Shown: positions 50,860 through 63,796 of the stretch, one piece after another
Position numbering within the stretch: position 1 is the stretch's first letter
Layout of the letters: every line of letters starts with the position of its first letter
Assembly (NCBI GenBank): GCA_024679065.1
Contig: JAGIQG010000012.1
Location: 69,750,001 to 69,814,000 of the forward strand
Source of the DNA: Sphyrna mokarran
Lineage: Eukaryota
Length of the DNA stretch: 64,000 nt
Reading direction: 5' to 3'
Program-made: the position numbers and the translations under genes
Notes under the pieces: generated by a model
The model's database searches: none
Told to the model about the DNA's origin: nothing
The model's input: the letters and a program-made list of their open reading frames with translations, nothing else

Positions 50860-51822
50860 AACACCAACAACCTGTCCTGGTCCCCCCTTGCTGACACTAT
50901 AGTTAAGAAAGCCCACCAATGCCTTTACTCTCTCAGAAAAACTAAGGAAATTTGGCATGTCTGCTACAACTCTCACCAACCTTTACAGATGCATTATAGA
51001 AAGCATTCTTTTTGTTTGTATCACAGCTTGGAATGGCTCCTGATCTGTCCAAGACCACAAGAAACTACAAAGGGTCATGAATGAAGTCCAGTCCATCACT
51101 CAAACTAGTTTTCCATCCATTGACTGTCTGCACTTCCAACTGCCTCAGAAAAGTAGCCAGCATTACTAAGGACCCATGCACCCCAGACATTCTTCCACCT
51201 CTTTCCATCAGGAAAAAGGTACTGAAATCTGATGTCCACATACCAACCAACTTAAAAATAACTCCTTCCCTGTTGCCATCAGACTTTTGAAGGGACCTAC
51301 CTTGCATTAATTTGAGCTTTCTCTACACCCCAGCTATTACTGTAACACTACATTCTGCACTCTCTCCTTTCCTTCTCTATGAACGGGGTTCTTTGCCTAA
51401 ATAGTGCACAGGAAACAATACTTTTCACTGTATGCTAATACATAGAACATAGAACACTACAGCACAAACAGGCCCTTCGGCCCACGAGTTGCACCGATTA
51501 CATCTATATCTACCAATCCACAGACCTATCTATAACCCCCTATCCCATTCGTTTCCACATACTCATCCAGAAGTCTTTTAAAAGACCCCAGCGAGTTTGC
51601 CTCTACCACCTCCGACAGCAGCCGATTCCATTCACTCACCATCCTCTGAGTGAAAAACTTATCCCTAACATCCCTTCTGTATTTGCTTCCCTGCACCTTA
51701 AATCTGTGTCCTCTCGTAGTGACCATTTCAGCTCGGGGAAATAGTCTCTGAGAATCCACCCTACCTATTCCTCTCAACATTTTATAAACCTCTAACATGT
51801 GACAATGATAAATCAAATCAAA
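50860..51822 (+). mobile_element. Rex1/Babar-type LINE 3' fragment
   Basis: 'NNLSWS...IVKKAHQCLYSLRK'. The tail catgtgacaatgataaatcaaatcaaa is split by a CR1 insertion. Confidence 0.82.
51441..51795 (-). mobile_element. CR1 3' fragment nested in a Rex1 tail
   Basis: 'EVYKMLRGIGRVDSQRLFPRAE...GSFKRLLDEY'. Confidence 0.9.
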
Positions 51823-52372
51823 ACCAGCTGGAGTGGCAGCTTCCTTCTCTTAGCTGCCTGCTACTCTACAAGACAATGGGATGGGCTCACAGCCCAAATT
51901 TGCAGGAGGTGATAACCCCCAACAAAGGATATACAGAGAAAGAACTTTCCAGATATAACTTCGTGTTAGCCTCTCTAAGGGCCTAGATATTCATGTCAGG
52001 TCATTGCTAACCTACTGAGCCTGCTGGAACAAAACCACCTGCCAAATGAACCTAGTGGGAATACAACACCAGTGGTGGCAAAAGTCACTGCAACCCTGAA
52101 TTTCTTCACTCCAGCTCCTTCTAAAGATCTGCTGATGGCATCTTCTGAACCTCACTATCTGCTGCATACCAGTGCCTCTCCAATGCCATGTCTGGCAGGG
52201 CTATCACTTACACTTGTTACTGATGAAGCTAGTCAGGACGGGAGGAAAAATTGGTCTTCTATCATAGCACAAAATTATTTCCCTTCATAAACCTGGTTGG
52301 CCATCCAGAGTTGTCTTTGGAATCTGCAATACCTAATATGTTGTTTTGGGGTGAAAATCTTGATGAAATTCA

Positions 52373-52489
52373 GGGGAAAATTTTCCAATTCTGCCCACCA
52401 CAGGATGAGGGGCAGACCATAGAAAGGTCCGTTGACCTCAGGTGGGATTTCTCAGTTTTGGGGTGAGTGCAGCTAGAAAATCCCACCCC
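52373..52489. mobile_element. Related short MITE
   Basis: Similar size, with ends ggggaaaattttc and gaaaatcccacccc. Confidence 0.45.
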
Positions 52490-53892
52490 AACAATCAACT
52501 CTGGCAATTTTCACTGATGTATTTTACAATTTATTTTTCCAACTCTGGACATAAGGTGGGCTTTCTTTTGTCTGGTTAGCTGCTTTAGCTGTGTAGAAAG
52601 CTTCCTGCAATTCTCAAGTTTTTCTCTAATATCTTGAATTCTTCACTTGTTGCACAATTATTTGTCTACTCTGTGATCTGAGCAACTTCAAGTTTGAACT
52701 GAGCTAAGTATCTGCTGTTCCTTCTTGATACCATGTTAGAAGGTGGAATTGGTAGGAATGCCAATTATGATAGCCTCGATACCATAAGTTGACATGCATA
52801 GACATGAGGAGACTAACAGCTGCCTTTCATTGTGTGCTAAACTATGATTCCACCAATGAGTAGATGTTGTCCAAGGGGGAGTTGGACTTCAGTAGCCAGG
52901 AGTTGTTGAGTAGAAAGGTTTTGGATATTTTGGTCAAATGTTAGGGGTTGATTTTTACATGACAGTGAATTATACAGAATCTACGGAAAATTATTTGCAG
53001 GAGCAAAGCAGTGGGTCTAATTAGGCAGCTCCAGTTATATCCATTCATGTCCTAAAGAGGATAAATGAATCATATGACAAGGTTCATGGTTGTGTTTATG
53101 GGGTCAGATTGGTAACTACTGTAAATCTTGAACTATGAATGTCAGCCTATATCAATATAGCAACAGTAGAAGGCACTAATGTTAAGGAATTGAGAGGGAG
53201 ACATGCATCAGCTAGTTTGTTCCAAATTCATGCTTTCACTGACATTAATTCTTGACACACTCTGAAGCATTTATTATCTTTTCATATCATTACCATCAAG
53301 AGCAATGCTGAAGTGGCTGGATGCACTAATGCAGTCATAAATGTACCTTGACTTTATAGATGACAGTTTAGGAATCAATGGGGTACAACCAGAACCAGAG
53401 CAATACATTAAACTGGAGCATTCAGTGTTATCACTTGCTCTAGGCTATGTAATGGGCATTTCAGAATTTATTAATATGGAGGAGCTGGAAGGAGAAATAA
53501 ATATGGTGAAGGAGTAGCAGCCAAAGAAGTTCTGAGGACTTGTTATGAAACAAGAAGGGTTGAACAAATTGCCCCATTGAAAATACTAGGACTGGCATGC
53601 TCAATTTTTCTGCATTGTTCCAATCGACATTGAGTCGATGTGGTCCTTCAATAATTCCTTTTATTTCAGATGTTCTGGATTATTTGCTGAAGCATATATT
53701 AAACAATACAAGAAGATTCCTTGGAGTGTACATACTATGATATGCTTATTTACACTAAGGAGGCAAGCCTGGTGTTGTGAGACTGCAGTGCTAGCCATTG
53801 TGCCGTCCAGCTACCTACATCAATTGGGGAGGATTTTTTTATCAGAATCTCTGAGATGATCCACACTTCCTGGAAGTGATGAAGGGACAGCA

Positions 53893-54230
53893 GAGAGGTT
53901 TATAAAATCTTGAGAGGTATAGATAAGGTTAATAGCCAAGATCTTTACCCCAGGATAGGAGAGTCCAAAATTAGAGGGCATAGGTTTAGGGGAGAGGGGA
54001 AAGATTTAAAAGGGGCAACCTTTTCACACAGAGGGTGGTGGATATATGGAATGAGCTGTCAGAAGAGGTGGTAAAGGTGGTACATTTGGACAGGTACATG
54101 GGTGGGAAAGTTTAGAGGGATATGGGCCAAACACAGGCAAATGGGATTAGTTTAGTTTAGGAAACCCGATTGGCATGGATGAGTTAGGCCGAAAGGCCTG
54201 TCTCCATGCTGTATATCTCTATGATGTTAT
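53893..54230 (+). mobile_element. CR1 3' fragment
   Basis: agaggtttataaaatcttgagaggtatagataagg followed by a CR1 tail. Confidence 0.85.
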
Positions 54231-54699
54231 GATCATAAGATGGAGGAGCAGAAGTTAGCCATTTAGTCCATTGAGTTTGTTCAACCATTCAATGAGATAA
54301 TGACTGATCTAACATGATAATCCTCAGCTCCACATTCCCACATTATCCCATAACCCTGATTCCCTTACATATTAAAATAAGGCAATAAGATACTAACTCC
54401 AGTGAGAGAGAACCCAAAGTCTCAGCAATAATGGTAATCCTCAGCCTTTCTGCGTCATTTGTGAAGCCCATAAGTCAAGCCAAGGAGCCAAGTCCACTCT
54501 TATGTGGAAGTTACAACAAACATATGCTACAATGTAGACACACAGAGAATACGCTTGAAGAGATAACATGTATAGCACTTGATAGTAATTCCGACCATAC
54601 ACTGAAATTATCAATTTGCAATAAAGGTTGCATTCTGTGCTCGTATTACACAGTAAAGAAATGAGGAAATCATTGCTCACATTTTGAGTATGGATGTCC

Positions 54700-55312
54700 C
54701 TTCGTTATCTCTATGTACTAAGATGCTACTAGAACTTGATGGTTTGAGTTATAAGGAGAGGCTAGATAGACTAGGACTTTTTTTCCCTGGAGCACAGGAA
54801 GTTTATTGGTGATCTTAGAGAGGTCTTTAAATAATGAGAGGCATAGCTAAGGTAGATTGTCAACATTTTTTCTCAAAGGGAGGGGAGTCTAAAACTAGAG
54901 GCATATAGTTTAAGGTGAGAGGGGAGAGATACAAAAGGGTGCAGAGGGTCAATTTTTTCACACAGAAAGTGCTGAGCGTCTGGAATGAGCTGCCAAGGGC
55001 AGTAGTAGAGGCAATATAATTTTGTCTTTTAAAAAAGCATTTAGATAGTTGATGGGTATAGAGGGATATGGGCCAAATGTGGGCAATTGGGACTAGCTCA
55101 GTGGTAAAAACTGGGCAGCATGGATAAGTTGGGCCAAAGGGCCTATATCCATGTCGTAAACTTCTACAACTCTATGGCCGGAATTTTACCAGCATGCCTG
55201 CCCTGATTCCGGAGGTGGGTGGGGCTCGGAGAATAGCATTCTCTGTTGGCTTCAGGCAGGATCATACAAACCTTGGGCGGATGTGCCGGTAAAATTCCGC
55301 CCTATGACTCTA
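54700..55312 (+). mobile_element. CR1 3' fragment with a MITE in its tail
   Basis: ataaggagaggctagatagactaggacttttttccctggag...gactctat tail. Confidence 0.87.
55176..55302. mobile_element. 127-bp MITE, PIF/Harbinger-like
   Basis: 15-bp TIRs GGCCGGAATTTTACC and GGTAAAATTCCGCCC with a 3-bp TSD TAT. Inserted in a CR1 (gactctat)n tail. Confidence 0.8.
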
Positions 55313-56177
55313 TTCTCTCTCCACAAATCCTGTCAGGCCTGCTGAGATTTTGCAGCATTTTCCGTTTTTATTTCATGTTCCAACATTTGCAGTAATTTGC
55401 TTTTAGCTGAGAGAAAAAGATATTTGGTCTGCTACCAGCGAAAAGAATAAAAGCCTTGATAAATTTTGGCAGGGCCCTTGAAAATAAATTGTGTGGAACA
55501 CTTAGCTTTCCTGGTTTGCTGGTTACTGGTCTTTGGTTTTATCTTTGCTTCATTTGGAATTTAGGAACAGCTATCAGCTGCTTCAGTCTGTTCCATATTT
55601 TTATTAGGTCATTTCTTTTCTGTATCGCAACACTCCCTCTCTCTTCACACCTTTACCCAACAAAAATTCAAAAATAATCAGTCTATTGCCCCTATCCCTA
55701 ATAAACATGTCCATTGCCCCTATCCTCTTTTTACCTCTTGTATTCTCTCAATAGCAGGACTCTGCTAACAGCAGACAGCACAGTTCCATGTTGCAGAAGT
55801 TCTGTGCCTGGGGCTAATTGGTAGGCATTGTCTGCTATTTGCTTTCAATTCTCCCTTTCTGATAACCTAGCCATCTGCTCTTCTGTTATGTCAGCCCCAC
55901 AGTTGGTCTGCAACCCTTTCTGCTGTACTGCACAAAAGTCATGGTTGTGCGAGCCTGCATTCAAAGATTAGCACATGATATTTGGGCTCCTGGTAGAGTA
56001 TAATAATCTTGATCATAGAATGATCATAGGATCCCTACAGTACAGAAGGAGATCATTTGGCCCATCGAGTCTGTACTGACCATAATCCCACCCTGGCCCC
56101 TATTTCCGTAACGCCATCCTTGCTAATCTTGTCAATCTTTATGTTTTCTGGCAGTCTACCAACTGGAATTCTCTACG

Positions 56178-56836
56178 GGTCTTCCCCATAAACCACAATA
56201 TATAACCACAAAATACACATCTTTTAAAAAAAAAATCTACCTATGAATCATCACTTTAGAAGCATTTACATTTGTAAGTGTCAGTTACAAAGAGGCACAG
56301 GCAAAGCCAGGTTCGAAGGTTAGGGGGAGCGAGCACATAAAAAAGGTGCCACGAAATAAACAGTGAGCACCCTCTCATCGGTATTCCCCCCATCCCCACT
56401 CGCCCGTCCAGGCTCTGCCCGCACTGATGTCATCACAGTCTGGTGTCATCACGTTGCACACAAAACAACCGTTCTCTCCTCAATGATTTATTTTCTTTTC
56501 TTTAAAAAAAACATTTTATTTTTGAAAAGGCGCCACTTCTGAAAAATGACGACAGCTGAATCCCGATATTCATCCGTAGACTGGGCTGTCCCACTGATGA
56601 AGCAGGGCTGAGGAGCTGTGCGCAGATTGGCAGAGTTTGTTGATACACCATGCTGTTATTGGTGAATTCAGCTGTCAGTCAGCGTTTAGTGACATCCCGT
56701 ACACCGGATTGGCCGAACGGGGAGGTGACATATCATCATAGGAATGGTTTATCAAGCTGTTAGTCGGGAGTTGGGTGTAGGTCTTCCCCATAAACCACAA
56801 TATATAACCACAAAATATACATTTAAAAAAAAAATC
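56178..56836 (+). repeat. ~58-bp direct repeat (56178-56237 and 56780-56836)
   Basis: The 38-nt core ggtcttccccataaaccacaatatataaccacaaaata is identical, and each copy ends in an A-run plus tc. Confidence 0.9.
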
Positions 56837-57649
56837 AATAATCACAAGTAAGCTATAATTAATGAATTCTGTGCACGAAGTTCGAAAGGCATTCAAAATC
56901 CTCTCATGTGGACACTTGCATCCAGTAGGAAGAACAATGAATATTTCTCTCTGACACTATAATCTCAGGAATGCTGCGAGATAGTTAATTTCAACAGAGA
57001 ATGGGACATTTCAACTTCAAAACTTCTGGTTCAATTTTGTGACAGAATTCAAAGAGACAATGTAATTAACAAATAAGTACTTGTGCGCTTATCCGCTCAC
57101 CTCACTGCAATTTACACGAGCGTTTCTGCCATTCGGTTCCTTGGTTTTGTACATTCCCAATACAGTTAGTGGGTGAGGATCTGTGCTCCCGATTGGGTGT
57201 GGTGGGTGCCTGGAATGCGCTCCTGGGGGTGGGGGTGGTAGTGGAAGCAGGCACACTAGTAACATTTAAAAGGCATCGGAAGCGAGGGAACAGAGGGATG
57301 CCGTCTGAGTAAAGGGAAGAAGGTTTTCTTTAATTCAGTTAGAGAATTACGTTCCACACAGACTTCGAAGGCCAAAGGGCCTGTTCCTGTGCTGTACTTT
57401 GTTCTTTATCCAGAATTAATACCACTACACTATTATTTTACACTTTAATTTATATTTAAATCTGTGGTTGGACATTAGAGGTGACAAGACTACTGTTCTT
57501 TACTTCCTGAGTATTAGTTCATGCCAAAAAAATTCAATATTCTATCAGTAAATGGATTAACCGTGGCATTTTTGACTAACCAGCACCACCCATTCAATCA
57601 ACATGTTGGGTTGTAAAGATATGACTGAACTAAAAGTAACGATGTGGTT

Positions 57650-57975
57650 GATAGAAACATAGTAGATAGGAGCACAAGGAAACCATTTGGTCCTTCGAGC
57701 CTGCTCTGCCATTCATTAAGGTCATGGCTGATTGTACAACTCAATAGCCTAATCTTGCTTTTTCCCCATAACATTTGATCCCATTCACCCAGTGTGCCAT
57801 ATCCAGCCACCTCTCGAATACATTCAATGTTTTGGCATCAACTACTTCCTATGATAATGAATTCCACAGGCTCTCCAATCTTTGGATGAAGAAATGTCCC
57901 CTCACTTCCGTCTTCAAAAGTCTACCCCTGAATCTTCAGACTGTGACTCCTGGTCTCCCCCACCATCAGCCTCCC
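57650..57975 (-). mobile_element. CR1 3' fragment
   Basis: Similar to 45052-45350. Confidence 0.75.
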
Positions 57976-60900
57976 CACATTTACCCATATATCCAATTTA
58001 TGCAATCTGCTATTGATAGCTAAAGTTAATGTGCATGTCCAATGCATTATTAGTTTTCATTGAATACTGAATGAATTCTGTAACCCACCATGGCACACAA
58101 GAAAAGTATTGGCAAATAATGCAGATAGTGGTGCAGAGTTTCTGATTAAAAGTTGACGTCACCATCGCCCTGGGCTGTAGCCATTGAATGGTATTGCAAA
58201 GAAAGATAAAGTGTAATGAGCTGCCTTCAATTCTAAACCCTTTGTCTGCATAAAATTGTTAGACGAAAGTAGCTTCTAAATAATAAAAAGAATATTAGCA
58301 TAGAGATTTTTATGTCAGTCAATAAGTACACATATAACACCTCCTGCAACTATACTCACAGATATATAATACTCTGATGCTGCCAGTCATGCTTGGTAAA
58401 ACATTATTCATGTTATTTGTGTTGCACTGTGAGCACACAGCTAATTAGAAAACTAACATGCAAATACTGGAACAAGATAATAGAAAATGCTGAAAATACT
58501 AAGCTGCTGAGTCAGCATTTGTACACAGTAAAGACAGGCAAACATTTCATTCAAGCTTTTGTCTGATAAACAAGTATTTTAATAAGACTGGGACAAAAGG
58601 CAGAAGGGAAGGGCAAAATCTAACCCAGTCACCAGGAGGAAATTATGATTCTGCATCTCACGTGTTAAATTACCTGGAAAATGCGGTTGGACACTAATGG
58701 ACCCGTGGGACATTTTTTTTTGACCATTCACATTTGTCCAGCCTCCATGAGAAACAGTTGAGGAACTGTGAATGTTTTCTGAGCAGCCCCAGTGCCTAGA
58801 ACACTGGACAGAGTATTTATACATCTGATCTCCCTGTTCAGTGGAAGGCCACCACCTGCAAGTTCCCTCCCAGCCACGCGCCATCCTTACTTGGAAATAT
58901 ATCATCATTCCTTTGTAGTCACTGGGACAAAATCCTAACAGCATCGTGGGTCAAACCAAATTGCAGTGTTTCAAGAAAGCAGCTTACCACCACCTTCTCA
59001 GGGGCAACGAGGAATGGCTAGCCAGCAATGCCCATGTCCCTTAAATGAATTTTAAAAAAAGGGGCCTGAATCACATCATAAGAATCCAATTTAATGTTAA
59101 AGATGTTTATTTTATGGAATTACCTTTTTTAAAATTCATTCATGGAATATGAGCATTGCTGGCAAGGCCAACATTTGTCGCCCATCTTTAATTGACCTTA
59201 AGAAGGATGTGGTGTGATGTCTTAATGAGTGGTTACAGTCCATTGGTTTAGGTATACCTACGATGCCCTTCAGAGAGGACTTCCAGCTTTTGACCCCATA
59301 ACAGCTATACAGAGGTGACATTATTCCAAATCAGGATGGTGGGTGGCTTGAGGGAAGTTTATGGTGGTATTCCCATGCATCTGCTGCCCTTGCCCTTCCA
59401 GGCCAGAATTTCCCAAACTGTAGTCTGAGCCCCCATTTGAGTCATGAGGTGTGATTTTTTTGGGGTCAAAAGCTCTAAGACAGAAATAGCTGCTGTGAAA
59501 CTCAAACTGAATGCTAATACCTGTGAGGCCTCCATTAATCATTATGTTTTTTGTTTCAAATTGTCCATGTCACTGAACGGACAGACATTTGAGGCCTTGC
59601 TGCAAAGAAAATCCTGGGAAAATGTAACAACCCTATGGTTTAATCACTTCCCACAATGCTTAACCAACCGCTTCCCTTCCATACTCAGCAACGAAGGCCG
59701 GTCCACCACCCCAACCCACTTCACTCCTATCAATAATTCTCCTGTCCTTTCAGATTTTCACTGAGGTGCAATGCAATATATCAGGGTGGTGGTGTGGGCT
59801 CACAATTGGCCACAGGCCCCAGAGATAGCTGTATGGGGGAAGAAGGTGGGTGCTCTTTCAGCCCAGCTGCAACAGCAGGGGCCCGACATATTTCCTTCTC
59901 TCTTCGGTTTGGCCTCCGCCGTTACAATTGTGTATGCGCAGCCTCAGAGGTCTGCACATGCACAACAGCTCCCTCTGCTGTTAGAGCATGCTGTCTGGCA
60001 AATTGAGCCCTGCTCAATGCCTCCAGTGGCTGGAGGTAGTCTAGCCCATTTTCTGAATATCAAGTCCATACGACTGGGAGTAAAGACTACCCAAAGACTG
60101 GATCTGAAATTTTCCTATATTCATGCTAGCCATAATTTTTCTCATAAAGTCACCCCCAAAAACCTTAATGCCTCTGAAAAGCTAAAACAATTGTGGATTA
60201 TCAAGATTCCCATTATGATAAAAATTTGCATACTTTTTGATTTTTTTATATCTCAAGTTGCTATAATGTGTCTGTCCCAATTATTTATATTAATCTCTGT
60301 AAATGCAAACCATTTTATTTTCTGTTTAGCTGATTGTGAGAATACCTCAATGTGATTGGCTGCTTACCCTACTTGCTGACATCATTGTTGCTGGATTCCT
60401 ACAGATCCCTTTGGCTTGCCAGCAGATTCAAACAAAAATTTCAAAAGAAGAAAATCCATAGCTTTGTAGACAGCTTACTTCGAGGTCAATAATGATACAT
60501 TGCTTCACTGCTGATCACAAAATCTTCTACCTATTGCATGTTGCTGATCACACTGCTTGACTGCAAGAATATAAGTGATCCCTGCCTTTTCTTCCCTCAG
60601 AATCCAAAACAACAGTTAGCTGTAACTGAATGTCTGTGAATAACCCATCTTGTTGCAAATCATTAAAAAATTTGTATTATTTGAAACACAATTTTCTCAT
60701 TGGGCAAATAATCATTTTCTCTTTCTCAGATACAGATCTATCAATGAAGGACCATTCCATTAGTGTAAATAATTTGACAGCTCCCTGCCACTAGTAGCTT
60801 TTGCCACCTGGTTTGTCTGTGTTGCACTTTATTGTTGTGTTTAAAAGTTGGCAGCTTCTTCAACTATTCAAAATGGCAAGTCAGAAATCAATTTCTGGCT

Positions 60901-62289
60901 CCACCTCAAACTCTTGCCCCAGGCACTTTGGCCAGAGGTCAATAAGTCAAACAACCTCCTCATGGGTCAGCTCTTTGGTCTCACCAAGGTGGCCAAGTAC
61001 AGTTGACTTGACTTCTAAGTTTTGTTCCATGGCCCTAGAGGAGAAGTATGGTGCTGTCCTCTTTGCTGGGTGGACACTGCAGAGACTGGCATCCATGGTG
61101 GATAATCACATTGTTATTTGAGTCTCATAAGTTTCCTTTGATTTTGTGGTTAAGTTGTTTACTAATTCTACCCAAGCAAAAAGATAGGCATTTTAATCTG
61201 TGATCTGTGACACTGGGGAAACCCAACATCTCCTTAAAGGGCATTTTAAAAAGTGATACACAGGTATATGATTCTAAGTCAGATCCATTGAGATTGTAAG
61301 CACTGATTCCCAACAATATTAAACAGAGCAGGTGATGGCCTGGTGGTATTAACACCAGATTGTTAATCCAGAAACTCAGCTAATGTTCTGGGGACTTGGG
61401 CTTGAATCCCACCATGGCAGATACAGTTTTTAAAAAATCTGGAACTATACGATGAAACCATTGTCAGGAAAAACCCATCTAATTCACCAATGTCCTTCAG
61501 GGAAGGAAATCTGCTATCCTTACCGGATCTGGCTTACATGGCCGCAGCATGGTTGACTCTCAACAACACTGGACAGTTAGGGGTGAGTAATAAATGCTGG
61601 GCAGTCAGTGACACCCACATCCCATGAATGAATGAACAATGTCACCTCCCTCCTACTTACAAGAATTATAGGTTTAGTTTTAAAATTTTCATTGCTATCA
61701 CCTCTGCCTTTAAGTATTTCTGTGATAAATGTTAATGTTTAATGTATTTGTCTTTTAAGTGCAGTGAGAAATAACAGAGCAGCAAGCCAAATTTTTAAAA
61801 CATTTTGATCTGATCCATCAATTTAATTTCCCTTTCATATTGATAGTTTCCTCTACCTACTTATTGTAACTTGCCTTAATGACTACCATCCAGTGGCTCA
61901 GGCATCCATCATTGTGAAGTGCTTCAAAAGGTATGCTTGACCTGGACCATTTGATGGGCAACACAACAGCTCAGTGACTATCGCTGTGCTGTGCAGATAC
62001 ATGGATTTGGGCCTGTGTCTGTGGGAGTTTGTGTGTTCTCCCCGTGCTTGCATGGGTTTTCTCCGGGTGCTCCGGTTTCCTCCCACATCCCAAAGATGTG
62101 CTCTTAGGCTGACTGGCAGAACAAATTCTCCCTAAATTGTCTCAGATTTAGTTCCAATGCATAGATCTACAAACATAGACAGGGATCATGGGCAGAAGTG
62201 GGAACAACGAGGTGGTGGCATGAGCTCATTGGGCTGAAGGGTCTGTTTCCCGTGCTGTTTTGTTCTTTGTTCTCTTTGTTAATCATGGC

Positions 62290-62880
62290 ACAAATCAATT
62301 CCACACTCCCTTCTCTCAATTTACAGCCATTCAGGTTGTAATCTGCCTTCTTGTTTTTGTATTCAAAGTGAATAACCTCACACTTAGCCAAATTATACTG
62401 CATTTATCATTGATTTACCCTCTTACCTAACCTGTCTACATCACTCTGAAGGATCTCTGCATCCTTTTCACAGTTTACCCTCCCACCCAACTTAGTATCA
62501 TGTGCAAACTTTAAGATGTTAAATTTTGCTCCCTCATCCAAATCATTGATATGTATTGTGAATAGCTGGGGTTCCAGCATCAATCCTTGTGGCACCCTAC
62601 TAGTTACTGCCTGCCAATTTGAAAAGGACCCATTAGTTCTTACTCTTTGTTTCCTTTCTGCCAACTATTTTTCTATCCACCTCAATACACATCCCCCAAT
62701 CCTGTGCGCTTCAGTCTTGCACAATATTCTCTTGAAAAAGCATTTGACTAAACACTTTCTGAAAGTCCAAATATACTACATCGACTGGCTCCCCTTGTCA
62801 ACTCCACTAGTTACATCTTTAAAGAATTCCAACAGATTTGTCAAGCAAGATTTCCCCTTGATATAACTATGCTGAGTCTG
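62290..62880 (-). mobile_element. CR1 RT fragment
   Basis: 'RKQRVRTNGSFSNWQAVTSRVPQGLMLEPQLFTIHINDLD...KFAHDTKLGG'. Confidence 0.9.
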
Positions 62881-63224
62881 AGGATACTTTGACTTATGCT
62901 TCGATTGTATAGAAGGCAAAAAAAAAACTTTTCATTGTCACATATACTAATACATGTGACAATAATGAATCAAATGAAAGAATGATAGGAACTTGTTCAG
63001 AATGACTGCCTTTCAGAAGTTGATAGCTTCAACGAGTGCACACTCATTGCTAACCGATTAGCATCCTTTACCAATTGCAGGTATTTAGCTACTTTGTGGG
63101 TGAATGCTGGTGTGGCGATCTCATCGATTAAGGATATATACAAATTAAATGTAGTGCTGAAAAGTGAGCACTTCCCAATTTAAGAGAATTGGACGTAAAA
63201 GAGGTCAATTTAAGAGAATTAAAA

Positions 63225-63486
63225 CACACGCCCTCTCCACCCCCTGAAGAGGCTTTCCTGGACAAATTGCCAACCCCAACAGTCAGAGACACCCCTACCG
63301 CATCAGTGACGCAAAAGTACATGACGCTTTTTTAACAAAGAATGACAGTAAAGCACTGCCTCTCCTAATTGAATGGCGCTACCGCCCCGAGCCGCTTAAC
63401 AGGGACGGCCACTTGCTGAGTCCCCTCCCGGAGTTGGTGGCTGGGCCGGGTCCCCGCAGTATGCCGGAGCCGGGCAGCGGGCAGAC
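63225..63486 (+). promoter_or_regulatory. OPN3 CpG-rich promoter/5' UTR with two CRE half-sites
   Basis: CpG density rises sharply against a CpG-depleted background. TGACG occurs at 63307 and 63322. Confidence 0.55.
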
Positions 63487-63796
63487 ATGAACCTAGCCAA
63501 CCGCACCGACTCCCCGGAGGAGATCATCTTCAGCCCCTTCACCTACAAAGTTCTGGCAGCCATCGCGGGCACCATCGGCGCGATGGGCTTCTGCAACAAC
63601 CTGCTGATGTTGGTCCTCTACGGCAAATACAAGAGCCTCAAGACCCCCGCCGGTCTGCTGCTGTCTAACAACAGCTTCGTTGACTTGCTGCTGTCTCTCT
63701 TCGGAATTATCTTCACCTTTTTCTCCTGCCTGAAAGGACGGTGGATGTGGGGCGCCACGGCTTGCATCTGGGACGGTTTCATTAACAATCTGTTTG
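63487..63796 (+). CDS. OPN3: Opsin-3 (encephalopsin/panopsin) coding exon 1, N-terminus to start of TM3
   Basis: N-glycosylation site NRT, 'FSP.TY..LA...G.IG..G..NNLL.LVLY.K', 'DLL.SLFG..FTF.SCL' and 'C.WDGF...LFG' with Asp at the site-113 equivalent. Phase-1 donor G|gtgagt. CpG-rich and adjacent to WDR64. Confidence 0.93.

Noticed and set aside
56590-56640. CTGATGA as a hammerhead ribozyme core
   Set aside because: No stem II followed by a GAAA box downstream.
59771-60355. 194-aa + strand ORF
   Set aside because: It overlaps a dispersed repeat whose other copy (43.9 kb) is not open over the same length, and it has no recognisable domain.
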